Below, piece after piece: positions 16,825 to 24,000 of a DNA stretch of 24,000 nucleotides. Source of the stretch: Liberiplasma polymorphum (GTDB lineage Bacteria > Bacillota_I > Bacilli_A > Izemoplasmatales > Izemoplasmataceae); assembly GCF_043951795.1 (NCBI RefSeq), contig NZ_JBIOAG010000012.1, positions 28,699 to 52,698 on the forward strand. Direction: 5' to 3'. Each line of letters begins with the position of its first letter. Positions within the stretch are counted from its first letter, which is position 1. A program made the translations under genes and the position numbers. Under the pieces are notes generated by a model that was not told the DNA's origin, searched no databases, and worked only from the letters and a program-made list of their open reading frames with translations.

Positions 16825-18243
16825 TTATACTGAATAGGATTTTTCAACTGAAGCATGCTTCAGTCTTTTTGTATGTCGTGTTAAGAAGACTGCAAATAAA
16901 ATGACTATGGCAGTTCCTTTGAATAATGAACTAATCGATAACGCCCACCAAATCCCATTAATAGATGGGGTTAATAAAATGCTTAACCCGATAGCTAAAG
17001 GAATTCTAAGTGCATTACCAAACATTTGAATGAATGAAACAACATAGGTTTTACCAAATCCATTTAAAGCCCCTGCTGTTACCATTTCTAATATCATAAA
17101 TAGCTGAGAAACAGATAAGATTCTCAAGTAATTTGCACCTTGAGATAGGGTCGGTTCATCTGGAATGAATAAAGCAAATAATGGATACGCTGCAAATAAG
17201 AGTAGTGCATTAACCGCAAGACCATATGGCACGAGTAATTTCATGCTTGTAAAATACCCTTGTTTAACACGGTTAAACTGATTGGCCCCAACATTTTGAC
17301 CTACAAATGATGCCAGTGCAACTTGGAAACCAGATGCAATCATCCAACTTAATGCTTCTATTTGACTACCAATTCTGGAAACACTCATAATCGTCGGTCC
17401 ATATGAGGCAACCATAATACCTAATACAATGGAAAAAGTGGTCATTAACATACTTTGAACACCTACAGGTATACCTAGTTTTACTATATTTCCAATTGTA
17501 TTGAAAGAAAAATACTTTTTAAAAGATAAAACAGCTGGACGTTTTTTTGTCATATATAAAACTAAGTAACTAACTAAGACAAACGTTTGAGAAATTGCAG
17601 TTGCGCTTGCAGCGCCTACTACACCAAATCCTAATACTAATATAAAGATTGGATCTAATATCATATTAAGAATTAATCCACTTACTGTCATATAAAATGT
17701 GTTAATGGTTTTTCCTAATCCATCATAAACTCCATTAAACATATTTACTAAGAAATACGCCATACCAGCCATTGATACTATTCTTAAATAGTTCACACCA
17801 CTTGTAACAACACTTTCTTGGTTAATATTAAATAAATCAAAAAAAATTCTACCAAAAAAAATTCCAAATATGGAATAAAGCATTGCTAGTAAGGCCATAA
17901 CGATAAGCCCATTAGTTGCAAAACGGTTAACCCCATCTTGGTCATTTCTTCCAGCTGCTTGACTTACTCTTACACTTACCCCAACTTTAACAATCAAGAT
18001 AAGCCCAAACCCAAACCAAGCGTAAAATCCTGCAGTACCAACTGCGGCTACAGCTTCTTCTTTGATTAAACCTATGCGATCAACTCTTGAAACCCAAAAG
18101 ATATCGGTTAAATTGTAAGCCATCTGAACGATGCTAGTTAATAACATAGGTACAGCTACAATGAGGAGTTTCTTAATAATACTCCCCTCAGTTAAATCAA
18201 TTTTTACTTTTAAAGGTTTTTTACGTATTCTTCCATTAAACAT
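16825..18243 (-). CDS. MATE-family efflux transporter
   Basis: About 12 TM helices with a typical N-terminus ([38 protein letters not shown]). The start is ambiguous. ATG 18243 has GGTGA 5 nt upstream. ATG 18255 and TTG 18258 are also in frame. Confidence 0.85.
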   Translation of the reverse strand: MFNGRIRKKPLKVKIDLTEGSIIKKLLIVAVPMLLTSIVQMAYNLTDIFWVSRVDRIGLIKEEAVAAVGTAGFYAWFGFGLILIVKVGVSVRVSQAAGRNDQDGVNRFATNGLIVMALLAMLYSIFGIFFGRIFFDLFNINQESVVTSGVNYLRIVSMAGMAYFLVNMFNGVYDGLGKTINTFYMTVSGLILNMILDPIFILVLGFGVVGAASATAISQTFVLVSYLVLYMTKKRPAVLSFKKYFSFNTIGNIVKLGIPVGVQSMLMTTFSIVLGIMVASYGPTIMSVSRIGSQIEALSWMIASGFQVALASFVGQNVGANQFNRVKQGYFTSMKLLVPYGLAVNALLLFAAYPLFALFIPDEPTLSQGANYLRILSVSQLFMILEMVTAGALNGFGKTYVVSFIQMFGNALRIPLAIGLSILLTPSINGIWWALSISSLFKGTAIVILFAVFLTRHTKRLKHASVEKSYSV

Positions 18244-18278
18244 CTTCTTCACCATCAATTAAAAGATTTCACCGGACT

Positions 18279-18287
18279 ATTATATCA
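18279..18287 (-). promoter_or_regulatory. Extended -10 promoter (TGaTATAAT) for the MATE gene
   Basis: The minus strand reads TGATATAAT, downstream of the dnaB terminator and about 25-35 nt upstream of the MATE start candidates. Confidence 0.4.
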
Positions 18288-18320
18288 CTACAGACATGAA
18301 AAGACCATAGCGATTTAAAA

Positions 18321-18348
18321 AGAAAAACACGCAAGTCCTTGCGTGTTT
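18321..18348 (-). terminator. Intrinsic terminator of dnaB
   Basis: Minus strand: AAACACGCAAG-GA-CUUGCGUGUUU followed by UUCUUUUU. The stem begins inside the stop codon. Confidence 0.7.
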
Positions 18349-19714
18349 AATCGAGGTCTTCCATATCGTCTGCATAAGCGTCAGTCGAATAAGTTTTGTT
18401 TCTAAAACGGGAGTACTGTTTCTTAAAGATTAATTTAAATCCTTTAGTATTTACAGCTCCAGAACGGTTTTTTGCGACGATGATATCAACTTCATCGGTA
18501 TTTTCTTTTTTATCACTTCTATAATAATCTTCACGATATAAGAATAAGATAACATCCGCATCTTGTTCAATCGATCCAGATTCACGTAAATCGGCTAATA
18601 TCGGTATTTTTTCTTGACGTTGTTCAACACTTCTTGATAACTGACTTAACGCGATAACTGGTATTTTTAATTCACGTGCCATTTCTTTTAACACACGTGA
18701 AATTTCAGATACTTCTTGAACACGGTTCGTTTGGTTTTTTGATCCTGATAGCAATTGTAAATAGTCAATTACGACTAAATCAAGTTTATTTTCTTGCGCT
18801 AATTTACGGCATTTCTGACGCATGTCTGTAACTTTTACAGTTCCTGAATCATCAAATAAAATGTTTAATCGACTAAGTTTATCACTTGCGACTGAGATTT
18901 GTTGCCATTCAATTGGTGTTAATTCACCGGTACGAATGTGAGAAGAAACAACATTAGCCTCGCTTGATAAAATACGGCCAACTAATTGGTCAACACCCAT
19001 CTCGAGTGAGAAAAAAGCTACATATGGTTTGCTTTTAAGTTTAGCAATATTCGTTGCAATATTTAACGCAAATGCTGATTTACCCATTGAAGGACGCGCC
19101 GCTATGATATAAAGTTCACTTGGTTGTAATCCAAAGACATAATTATTTAACTCGGTAAATCCTGTATCTAACCCTATAATTTGTCCCTGTTGGTTTTTGG
19201 CTTCTTCAGTTTTCTTAATGACTTCTTGGGTGGCTTGTGCCATCGTAATAAAATCAGAGGTACGTCTTGATTTTGCTACATCAAAGATACGTTTTTCAGC
19301 ATCATCAATGAATTCTAACATATCTGTAGTTTTATAACCTTGATCAGCAATTTCTTTTGCTACTTCAATCATATTTCTAACTATAGCTTTATCTTTAACA
19401 ATATTAATATAATGTTCTAAATTTACAATAGACGGTGTTGTATCCGCAAGATTTAATATATAATCTGATCCACCTGCATCTAATAATAAATCCTTTGTTT
19501 CTAATCTAGAAATCAATGTTGTGTAATCAATATCTACTTTTTCTTGAAATAGGTCAATAATTGCGCCATAGATTAACCGATGTCTTCTAGTATAAAAATC
19601 GTTAACTTCTAATTTATCAATAATCGTTCTAATTGTATTTGGTTCAATAAATACTGCACCAAGAACGTTTTGTTCTGCCTCATTACTATGAGGAATTATT
19701 CTTTCTTCATTCAT
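18347..19714 (-). CDS. dnaB: Replicative DNA helicase (DnaB family; named DnaC in B. subtilis)
   Basis: 455 aa with PHSNEAEQNVLGA at the N-terminus, Walker A ARPSMGKSAFALN, VVIDYLQLL and SQLSRSVEQR. The start overlaps the rplI stop (TAATG). Confidence 0.96.
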   Translation of the reverse strand: MNEERIIPHSNEAEQNVLGAVFIEPNTIRTIIDKLEVNDFYTRRHRLIYGAIIDLFQEKVDIDYTTLISRLETKDLLLDAGGSDYILNLADTTPSIVNLEHYINIVKDKAIVRNMIEVAKEIADQGYKTTDMLEFIDDAEKRIFDVAKSRRTSDFITMAQATQEVIKKTEEAKNQQGQIIGLDTGFTELNNYVFGLQPSELYIIAARPSMGKSAFALNIATNIAKLKSKPYVAFFSLEMGVDQLVGRILSSEANVVSSHIRTGELTPIEWQQISVASDKLSRLNILFDDSGTVKVTDMRQKCRKLAQENKLDLVVIDYLQLLSGSKNQTNRVQEVSEISRVLKEMARELKIPVIALSQLSRSVEQRQEKIPILADLRESGSIEQDADVILFLYREDYYRSDKKENTDEVDIIVAKNRSGAVNTKGFKLIFKKQYSRFRNKTYSTDAYADDMEDLD

Positions 19715-20157
19715 TATTGTTCTAACACAAGTAACTCAAATGTAGCGGTTACGCTTTTATGTAGTTTTACATTAACTTGATAAGTGCCTAGTGCAGTAAT
19801 AGGATCATCAAGTTGAATCTTACGTTTATCAATTTCAATACCATGTTGATCTTTTAAAGCATCAGCAATTTGTTTGGTATTAATTTTTCCAAAGAACTTA
19901 CCGTTTTCTCCTATTTTCACATAAATTTTAACTGCTCTAAAATCGATACGTGATTTGAGTTCTTTCATTGTTTCTAGTTCTTTGCGCTCGAGTTCTTTTA
20001 TTTTAGTTTTTTCATCTTCTAATATTTGCATATTCTCGGATGTTGCTTCAATGGCTTGTTTACTAGTTAATAAATAGTTTCCATAACCAGGTGCCACTTC
20101 AATTATTTCACCTTTTTTACCTTTGTTTTTTACATCTTTAATTAAAATTACTTTCAT
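19714..20157 (-). CDS. rplI: 50S ribosomal protein L9. It has its own start codon and RBS but lies in frame with, and is not separated by a stop codon from, upstream gdpP
   Basis: 147 aa beginning [29 protein letters not shown], collinear with B. subtilis L9 along its full length (...DKRKIQL...KLH..VTA...V.EQ). AGGAGG lies 8 nt upstream of the ATG at 20157..20155. Confidence 0.9.
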   Translation of the reverse strand: MKVILIKDVKNKGKKGEIIEVAPGYGNYLLTSKQAIEATSENMQILEDEKTKIKELERKELETMKELKSRIDFRAVKIYVKIGENGKFFGKINTKQIADALKDQHGIEIDKRKIQLDDPITALGTYQVNVKLHKSVTATFELLVLEQ

Positions 20158-22143
20158 TGGTTTTTCCTCCTGAACAGCTGTTTCTAAATACTCTACCAAG
20201 TCTTTTCTAACTTGACTGATGTCGGTTGTTTCAATTTGAGCACCTGCATTATTTAAATGGCCGCCCCCATTAAATTTTTCCATAATTACTTGAACGTTGA
20301 ATCCTTCAAGACTTCTTGCACTAATTCCCACAGTAGTTGGTGATAATCTACCAATAGTAAAAGCTGCAACAGTGTTATCAATTTCTAATAAATCATCACT
20401 AATTTGAGCAAGTAAAATACGATCTGTTTCTATGTTATCCGGTACAATAACCATAGAAAAACGTTTTTTAATTACTTCAGCTAATGTGAGTAGTTGAGAT
20501 TTGATTTGAATATCTTTTAATGACTCCCTTAAAATATTTTTAACTTTATAGGTGTCCGCACCAAATTTTCTTAAAATAGCAGCTGCTTCAAATGTTCGCG
20601 CACCGGTTCGGTACATAAAGTTATTAGTATCAACGATAATTCCTGATAACATAATCGTTGCTTCAAAAGGATTAATTGGAATGTCCTTATCAAACACGTT
20701 TATCATTTCAACAACTAATTCGCTTGAACTTGAAGCATAAGGTTCTATATAAGATAACCTTGTTTCTGTTATAAAATCATTCAACTTTCTGTGGTGATCA
20801 ATAATGACTTTACTTGGAATATTTTGAACCAACTTTTCATCAATTAATTGGCCTCTTGAGTGATGATCGACTAAAATCAACAAACTCTCACGATTAGACA
20901 TTGCATTTGCTTCTTCAGGTGAGATAAAGTTTTCTAAAAACGAAACATACTCATATTCCATTAATTGAAGTATTTTCTTTACAGTTTTATCAATTTCATT
21001 GAAATTCAGAACAATATACGCATCTTTTTTTAGTGCTTGTGCCATTTTTAAAACCCCAATAGCACTTCCTAATGCATCTGTATCAGGATGCGTATGCGGC
21101 ATGATAAAAACTTTATCACAATCTTCAAATAACATTGCAAGTTTTTGTGCATTAATTCGACTTGATATACGCGTACGTTTTTCTTGGGTGTTTGTGTTTC
21201 CACCAAAATATTTAAGAGGTTCTCCTTGAACATTAATAACGACTTGGTCTCCACCGCGTGATAGTGCTAAATCAAGAGCTGCTTCTGCGATTTCGCCAAG
21301 CTGGTTAAGTGGGATATTTGCACAAGCAAATCCACCACTCATTGTTACTAATAGTTCATGATCTTTAGAAATTTGCGTAATTAAGTCAATGATTTTAAAC
21401 TGATTGTTTACAAGTTCTTCTAAGTTCTTTTTATGTAAAAATACAACGAGTTTTGAATTGCTTATAGGGACAATATGAAATCCAGCGTCGTAAGCCCAAT
21501 CATCAAGTGCGCCTAAAAACTGTCCTTGAATTTCATTTTTTTCTTGAACATCTAAAACACTTAAAGCATCTTCAAAATTATCTAAATGTAGAACACCGAT
21601 AACGTTTGTATGTTCTGCATATTTGCGTTTTAACTCTTCTCTTTCAGTTACTTGATACAAAAATACAGTTTGTTCTAACCGGTCATAAATGACCTCATAT
21701 AAATGTTCATAAATTTTTATAACAAAAGGGTTTAATGAATCTTCTTCAATAACGAGTTTTTCTTTTAAAGGTTTATGAATCATATCAAGGTTTCTAGATT
21801 CTAAAACATTTTCAAATATTTCTTTAGCTTTTTGATTAGCCCATTGAATGTCATAGTTTTCGTTAATCATTAATATACCTGTTGGGATATTATTAATGAG
21901 TTGTTCTTCAATATGCTCTTTTCTATGAATCAAGTTATTTTTTTCTTCTAACTTCACGCGTAATTGTTTAATTTTCAAGATTTTTTCTCTTAAGTAGTGC
22001 ACAACAAAATACACATTGAACATAAAAATCAATGCGATAGATAAGATAATAATTAATGCGACTGTGCTTGAACTAAATGCGATTCCAAGGATTGCCAGGA
22101 CTACAATTATTACGCTAAATAGCAAATAAAAAGTTCTGTCCAC
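20158..22143 (-). CDS. gdpP: GdpP-type c-di-AMP phosphodiesterase (2 TM, PAS-like, degenerate GGDEF, DHH/DHHA1). It lacks its own stop codon and continues into rplI
   Basis: 662 codons from GTG 22143. Two N-terminal TM helices are followed by a PAS-like segment ([28 protein letters not shown]) and a GGDEF-like region. DHH motifs are [12 protein letters not shown] and LILVDHHS; DHHA1 is [13 protein letters not shown]. The gdpP-rplI-dnaB order matches B. subtilis yybT-rplI-dnaC. Confidence 0.85.
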
Positions 22144-22174
22144 ACCTTCACCCCTATTCGTTGTTGCTTAAAAT

Positions 22175-22183
22175 ATTATATCA
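22175..22183 (-). promoter_or_regulatory. Extended -10 promoter (TGaTATAAT) for gdpP-rplI-dnaB
   Basis: The minus strand reads TGATATAAT, about 30 nt upstream of the GTG at 22143. Confidence 0.4.
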
Positions 22184-22230
22184 CATCAAGCACTGTTTAA
22201 AAAGAGGAAAACCTTACTCAAGAATAATTA

Positions 22231-22259
22231 TTGACAAAGTGTTTTAATTCATATAAAAT
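22231..22259 (+). promoter_or_regulatory. Sigma-A promoter for the preQ1 riboswitch / yhhQ-like gene
   Basis: TTGACA (22231..22236), 17 nt spacer, TAAAAT (22254..22259). The ORF track's TTG start at 22231 is in fact this -35 box. Confidence 0.6.
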
Positions 22260-22271
22260 GTGTCAGTATTA

Positions 22272-22310
22272 CGCAGTTCGTAACCATCCTGCGATATCAA
22301 AACTAGGAGG
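22272..22310 (+). promoter_or_regulatory. preQ1-I riboswitch (translational; tail overlaps the Shine-Dalgarno)
   Basis: CGCAG-UUC-GUAACCAU-C-CUGCG-AUAUCAAAACUAGGAGG aligns position for position with the B. subtilis queC aptamer AGAGG-UUC-UAGCUACA-C-CCUCU-AUAAAAAACUAAGGA. Both have a 5-bp P1, a UUC turn, the conserved C before the P1 3' strand and an A-rich tail ending ACUA. The GGAGG SD sits 7 nt before the ATG at 22318. No terminator follows. Confidence 0.8.
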
Positions 22311-22317
22311 CATTATA

Positions 22318-23016
22318 ATGAATAATGAGTTGATTTGGTTGTTGTTTGCTTTGGCAAACTTCGTAATGATTGTACTTTCTTATAAGTTATTTGGAAAGTA
22401 TGGTATGTTTGCTTGGATTGCTATGGGGACTATTTTAGCAAATATTCAAGTATTAAAAATAGTGGAGTTATTTGGACTTTACGCTACACTTGGAAACATT
22501 ATGTTTGGAACGTTGTTTCTAGCAACGGATACCCTAAGTGAAAAATATGGGATTAAAGAAGCAAAAAGAGCGGTTTATATGGGATTTTTTACATTAATCT
22601 CTATGGTAATCATTATGCAGTTTGCATTATGGTTCAACCCTGCTGAAGAAGATTTTGCTCAAGATGCACTTGTGACAATATTTGGTATTAATTTTGGTGA
22701 AGTTGATATGGTACGTATCATCATTGCTAGCTTAATTGCTTATCTTGTTAGCCAAATACTCGATGTACATTTATTTCAAAAGATTAAGTCGATTTGGCCA
22801 AGTGATAAACTTTTATTTGTTAGAAACATCGGTTCAACCGCTATTTCTCAAGCTGTTGATTCTGCAATATTTGTCCCTTTAGCATTCTTGTTTGTTTTAC
22901 CTGGGAATATTGTGCTAAGTATTTTCTTTACTACTTACTTTGTTAAGTTGTTCGTTGCAGTTTTAGATACACCATTTATCTATTTAATGAAGAAAATTAA
23001 ACCTATTTATGAATAA
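22318..23016 (+). CDS. yhhQ: Queuosine-precursor (preQ0/preQ1) transporter, YhhQ/COG1738 (DUF165, VUT family)
   Basis: 232 aa with about 6 TM helices. It carries the family signature FVRNIGSTAISQAVDSAIFVPLAF (RN..ST..SQ..D...F) and lies directly behind a preQ1 riboswitch. The start is the ATG at 22318, behind GGAGG. Confidence 0.85.
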   Translation: MNNELIWLLFALANFVMIVLSYKLFGKYGMFAWIAMGTILANIQVLKIVELFGLYATLGNIMFGTLFLATDTLSEKYGIKEAKRAVYMGFFTLISMVIIMQFALWFNPAEEDFAQDALVTIFGINFGEVDMVRIIIASLIAYLVSQILDVHLFQKIKSIWPSDKLLFVRNIGSTAISQAVDSAIFVPLAFLFVLPGNIVLSIFFTTYFVKLFVAVLDTPFIYLMKKIKPIYE

Positions 23017-23040
23017 GACCGAGCGCGCTCGGTCTTTTTT
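23017..23040. terminator. Bidirectional intrinsic terminator between yhhQ and the convergent DUF438/PAS gene
   Basis: A perfect GC-rich palindrome AGACCGAGCG/CGCTCGGTCT is followed by T6 on the plus strand and preceded by an A-rich stretch. It fills the gap between the two stop codons. Confidence 0.75.
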
Positions 23041-24000
23041 ATTTCCATTTCAATAATCTTTGTTCACCTTTTAATGCTTTTATTCTAGTAATATCTTGTG
23101 ATACTTCTAATACACCTTCATAGTTACCTTGTTCATCACGTACAGCGTAGTAGGTAATGTATAAGAAATGTGATTTAAACTTGATCCAAAACTCTGCCAT
23201 ATCTTCTTTACCATCCTTAAATGATTGGACAATTTCTTTTACAGTATCGACACTTTTAGGTGGGTGACAATGTTCAACAAGTCTACCAATTACAGACGGA
23301 TTTCTTGGAAAATGACGTGTTTTTGTTTCATTAAAATAAGCTACTTTATCATGCTTATCAACAAACGTAATATCAAGGGGTAAATGGTTTAGCATGAGGT
23401 TTAACTGTTTAAAATTGAGCGTGCCATTTGCGACTTTAAACTCGTTTTGTTCAAACTGATCAAAAATTCGATTTTTCTTTGTCACATACTGTTTTTCTAA
23501 GAAGGTAAATCCGTACTGCATACATTCTTCTAACATTTCATCAAGTAAGTTATCACTTAGGAATTTATCAGCAACAGGAAATAATATAATCGATTCTTTT
23601 TGGATAATTCCGTAGACTAAATAATAGTAGCTTCCAATAATGGGTTTAACACGATCAACGTCAAGGATATCTTCTTCAAAATGATGAATAATTTCTTTTA
23701 TTTGTTTTCGAGCATCATCGTGTAGGCTCCACATAACTTCTAGAGGTTTATTTGAAGGGACGAGTTTTTCTAATCGTGGAAATAAAATATTTTCTTTTTT
23801 AACCCATTTTTTTTCAAACTCTAAACACTTAGTAAACCCTTTTAATAATTGTGCCTTATTATCAATCATTTTGTTTTCTTTAAAGTGTGGTTTTAATGAT
23901 TTTAGATGATTAATAATTGCTTCATTTTCCTCTAACATCCATTTAAAAAAGTCGTGGTGATGAGACAAAAGCGCATGTTCTGATAATCCTTTATAAAAAA
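23039..24000 (-). CDS. Hemerythrin-like / DUF438 / PAS-domain sensor protein, 5'-truncated by the window end
   Basis: The C-terminal PAS signature reads FPRNPSVIGRLVEHCHPPKSVDTVKEIVQSFKDGKEDMAEFWIKF...YITYYAVRDEQGNYEGVLEVSQDIT. The track start at 23968 is a TTG. The frame stays open upstream to position 24000 (..FYKGLSEHALLSHHHDFF..), so the true N-terminus is outside the window. Confidence 0.7.
   Translation of the reverse strand, partial: FYKGLSEHALLSHHHDFFKWMLEENEAIINHLKSLKPHFKENKMIDNKAQLLKGFTKCLEFEKKWVKKENILFPRLEKLVPSNKPLEVMWSLHDDARKQIKEIIHHFEEDILDVDRVKPIIGSYYYLVYGIIQKESIILFPVADKFLSDNLLDEMLEECMQYGFTFLEKQYVTKKNRIFDQFEQNEFKVANGTLNFKQLNLMLNHLPLDITFVDKHDKVAYFNETKTRHFPRNPSVIGRLVEHCHPPKSVDTVKEIVQSFKDGKEDMAEFWIKFKSHFLYITYYAVRDEQGNYEGVLEVSQDITRIKALKGEQRLLKWK

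Noticed and set aside
16800-16856. ORF-track N-terminal extensions: prfA +19 codons; yhhQ-like gene from TTG 22231; rpiB GTG 1867; HAD TTG 7439; HD GTG 9145; ftsK-like 6295; PF06541-like 8310
   Set aside because: The extended starts are mostly non-ATG, lack an RBS at proper spacing, and overlap upstream genes or regulatory elements (a -35 box and a riboswitch in the yhhQ case). Downstream ATGs with GGAGG/GAGGTG-type RBS at 5-9 nt were preferred.
17839-17861. Two A8/T8 homopolymer tracts 15 nt apart inside the MATE gene (CAAAAAAAATTC repeated), a possible slipped-strand phase-variation site
   Set aside because: The tracts encode a plausible TM segment ([13 protein letters not shown]). A/T runs of 7-8 nt occur elsewhere in this AT-rich window, both coding and intergenic. 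Nothing suggests the gene is out of frame. Population sequence data would be needed to claim phase variation.
1554-21254. Seventeen ORFs of 60-124 aa from the six-frame track, antisense to or out of frame within larger genes (1554-1736, 1598-1795, 1961-2149, 5082-5330, 6686-6874, 8393-8590, 8915-9142, 9206-9472, 9824-10039, 9828-10088, 12821-13027, 12895-13119, 13230-13529, 13977-14351, 20552-20740, 20999-21229, 21069-21254)
   Set aside because: Each lies wholly inside a long, clearly homologous CDS (rpiB, rnhB, ftsK-like, ffh, topA, gdpP and others). They have no RBS, and their compositions (Ser/Leu/Phe/Cys-rich) are typical of shadow frames in AT-rich DNA. I do not call them genes.
1-24000. 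Search for a defence island, mobile element, CRISPR array, toxin-antitoxin pair, prophage remnant, or a compositional shift suggesting horizontal transfer
   Set aside because: There are no repeat-spacer arrays and no transposase, integrase or recombinase-like ORFs. There are no flanking inverted or direct repeats and no tRNA integration site. No block has visibly different base composition. Every ORF over 100 aa except the 248-aa protein has a recognisable family-level (mostly housekeeping) identity in conserved synteny. I therefore do not claim a novel multi-gene system here.

Overview
This is a 24 kb AT-rich segment (about 30% GC by eye) of core chromosome from a low-GC Gram-positive-lineage bacterium (Bacillota, or an Acholeplasma-like Mycoplasmatota). 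TGA works as a stop codon (rbgA, atpI and the HD-domain gene end in TGA) and Trp is TGG, so the genetic code is 11, not 4. I call 26 CDS, 22 on the minus strand and 4 on the plus strand. Nearly all are housekeeping genes in orders also seen in Bacillus subtilis: atpB'-atpI-atpZ-upp-rpiB; rnhB-rbgA-lepB; a soluble FtsK/SftA-like translocase with a thioredoxin-like gene; ftsY-ylxM-ffh; topA; prfA-prmC; a MATE exporter; gdpP-rplI-dnaB. The plus-strand genes are a Cof-type HAD phosphatase, an overlapping PF06541-like membrane protein and HD hydrolase pair, and a YhhQ-type queuosine-precursor transporter. I see no CRISPR array, rRNA, tRNA, transposase, integrase, phage gene or recognisable defence genes. 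I do not find a convincing novel multi-gene system, and the window reads as ordinary core genome. Four things merit a second look. (1) gdpP has no stop codon and reads in frame into a complete ribosomal protein L9 gene, which keeps its own AGGAGG ribosome-binding site. (2) An unannotated gene for a ~100-nt small RNA sits between topA and ftsY, with a near-consensus extended -10 promoter, an intrinsic terminator and two C-rich anti-Shine-Dalgarno motifs. (3) A clear preQ1-I riboswitch lies over the Shine-Dalgarno of the yhhQ-like transporter. (4) Several housekeeping proteins have atypical architecture (SPase I with about 120 extra N-terminal residues, FtsK without a membrane domain). Several ORF-track starts are non-ATG over-extensions, and I re-placed them using RBS spacing. 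All homology calls come from reading motifs by eye; no database search was run.
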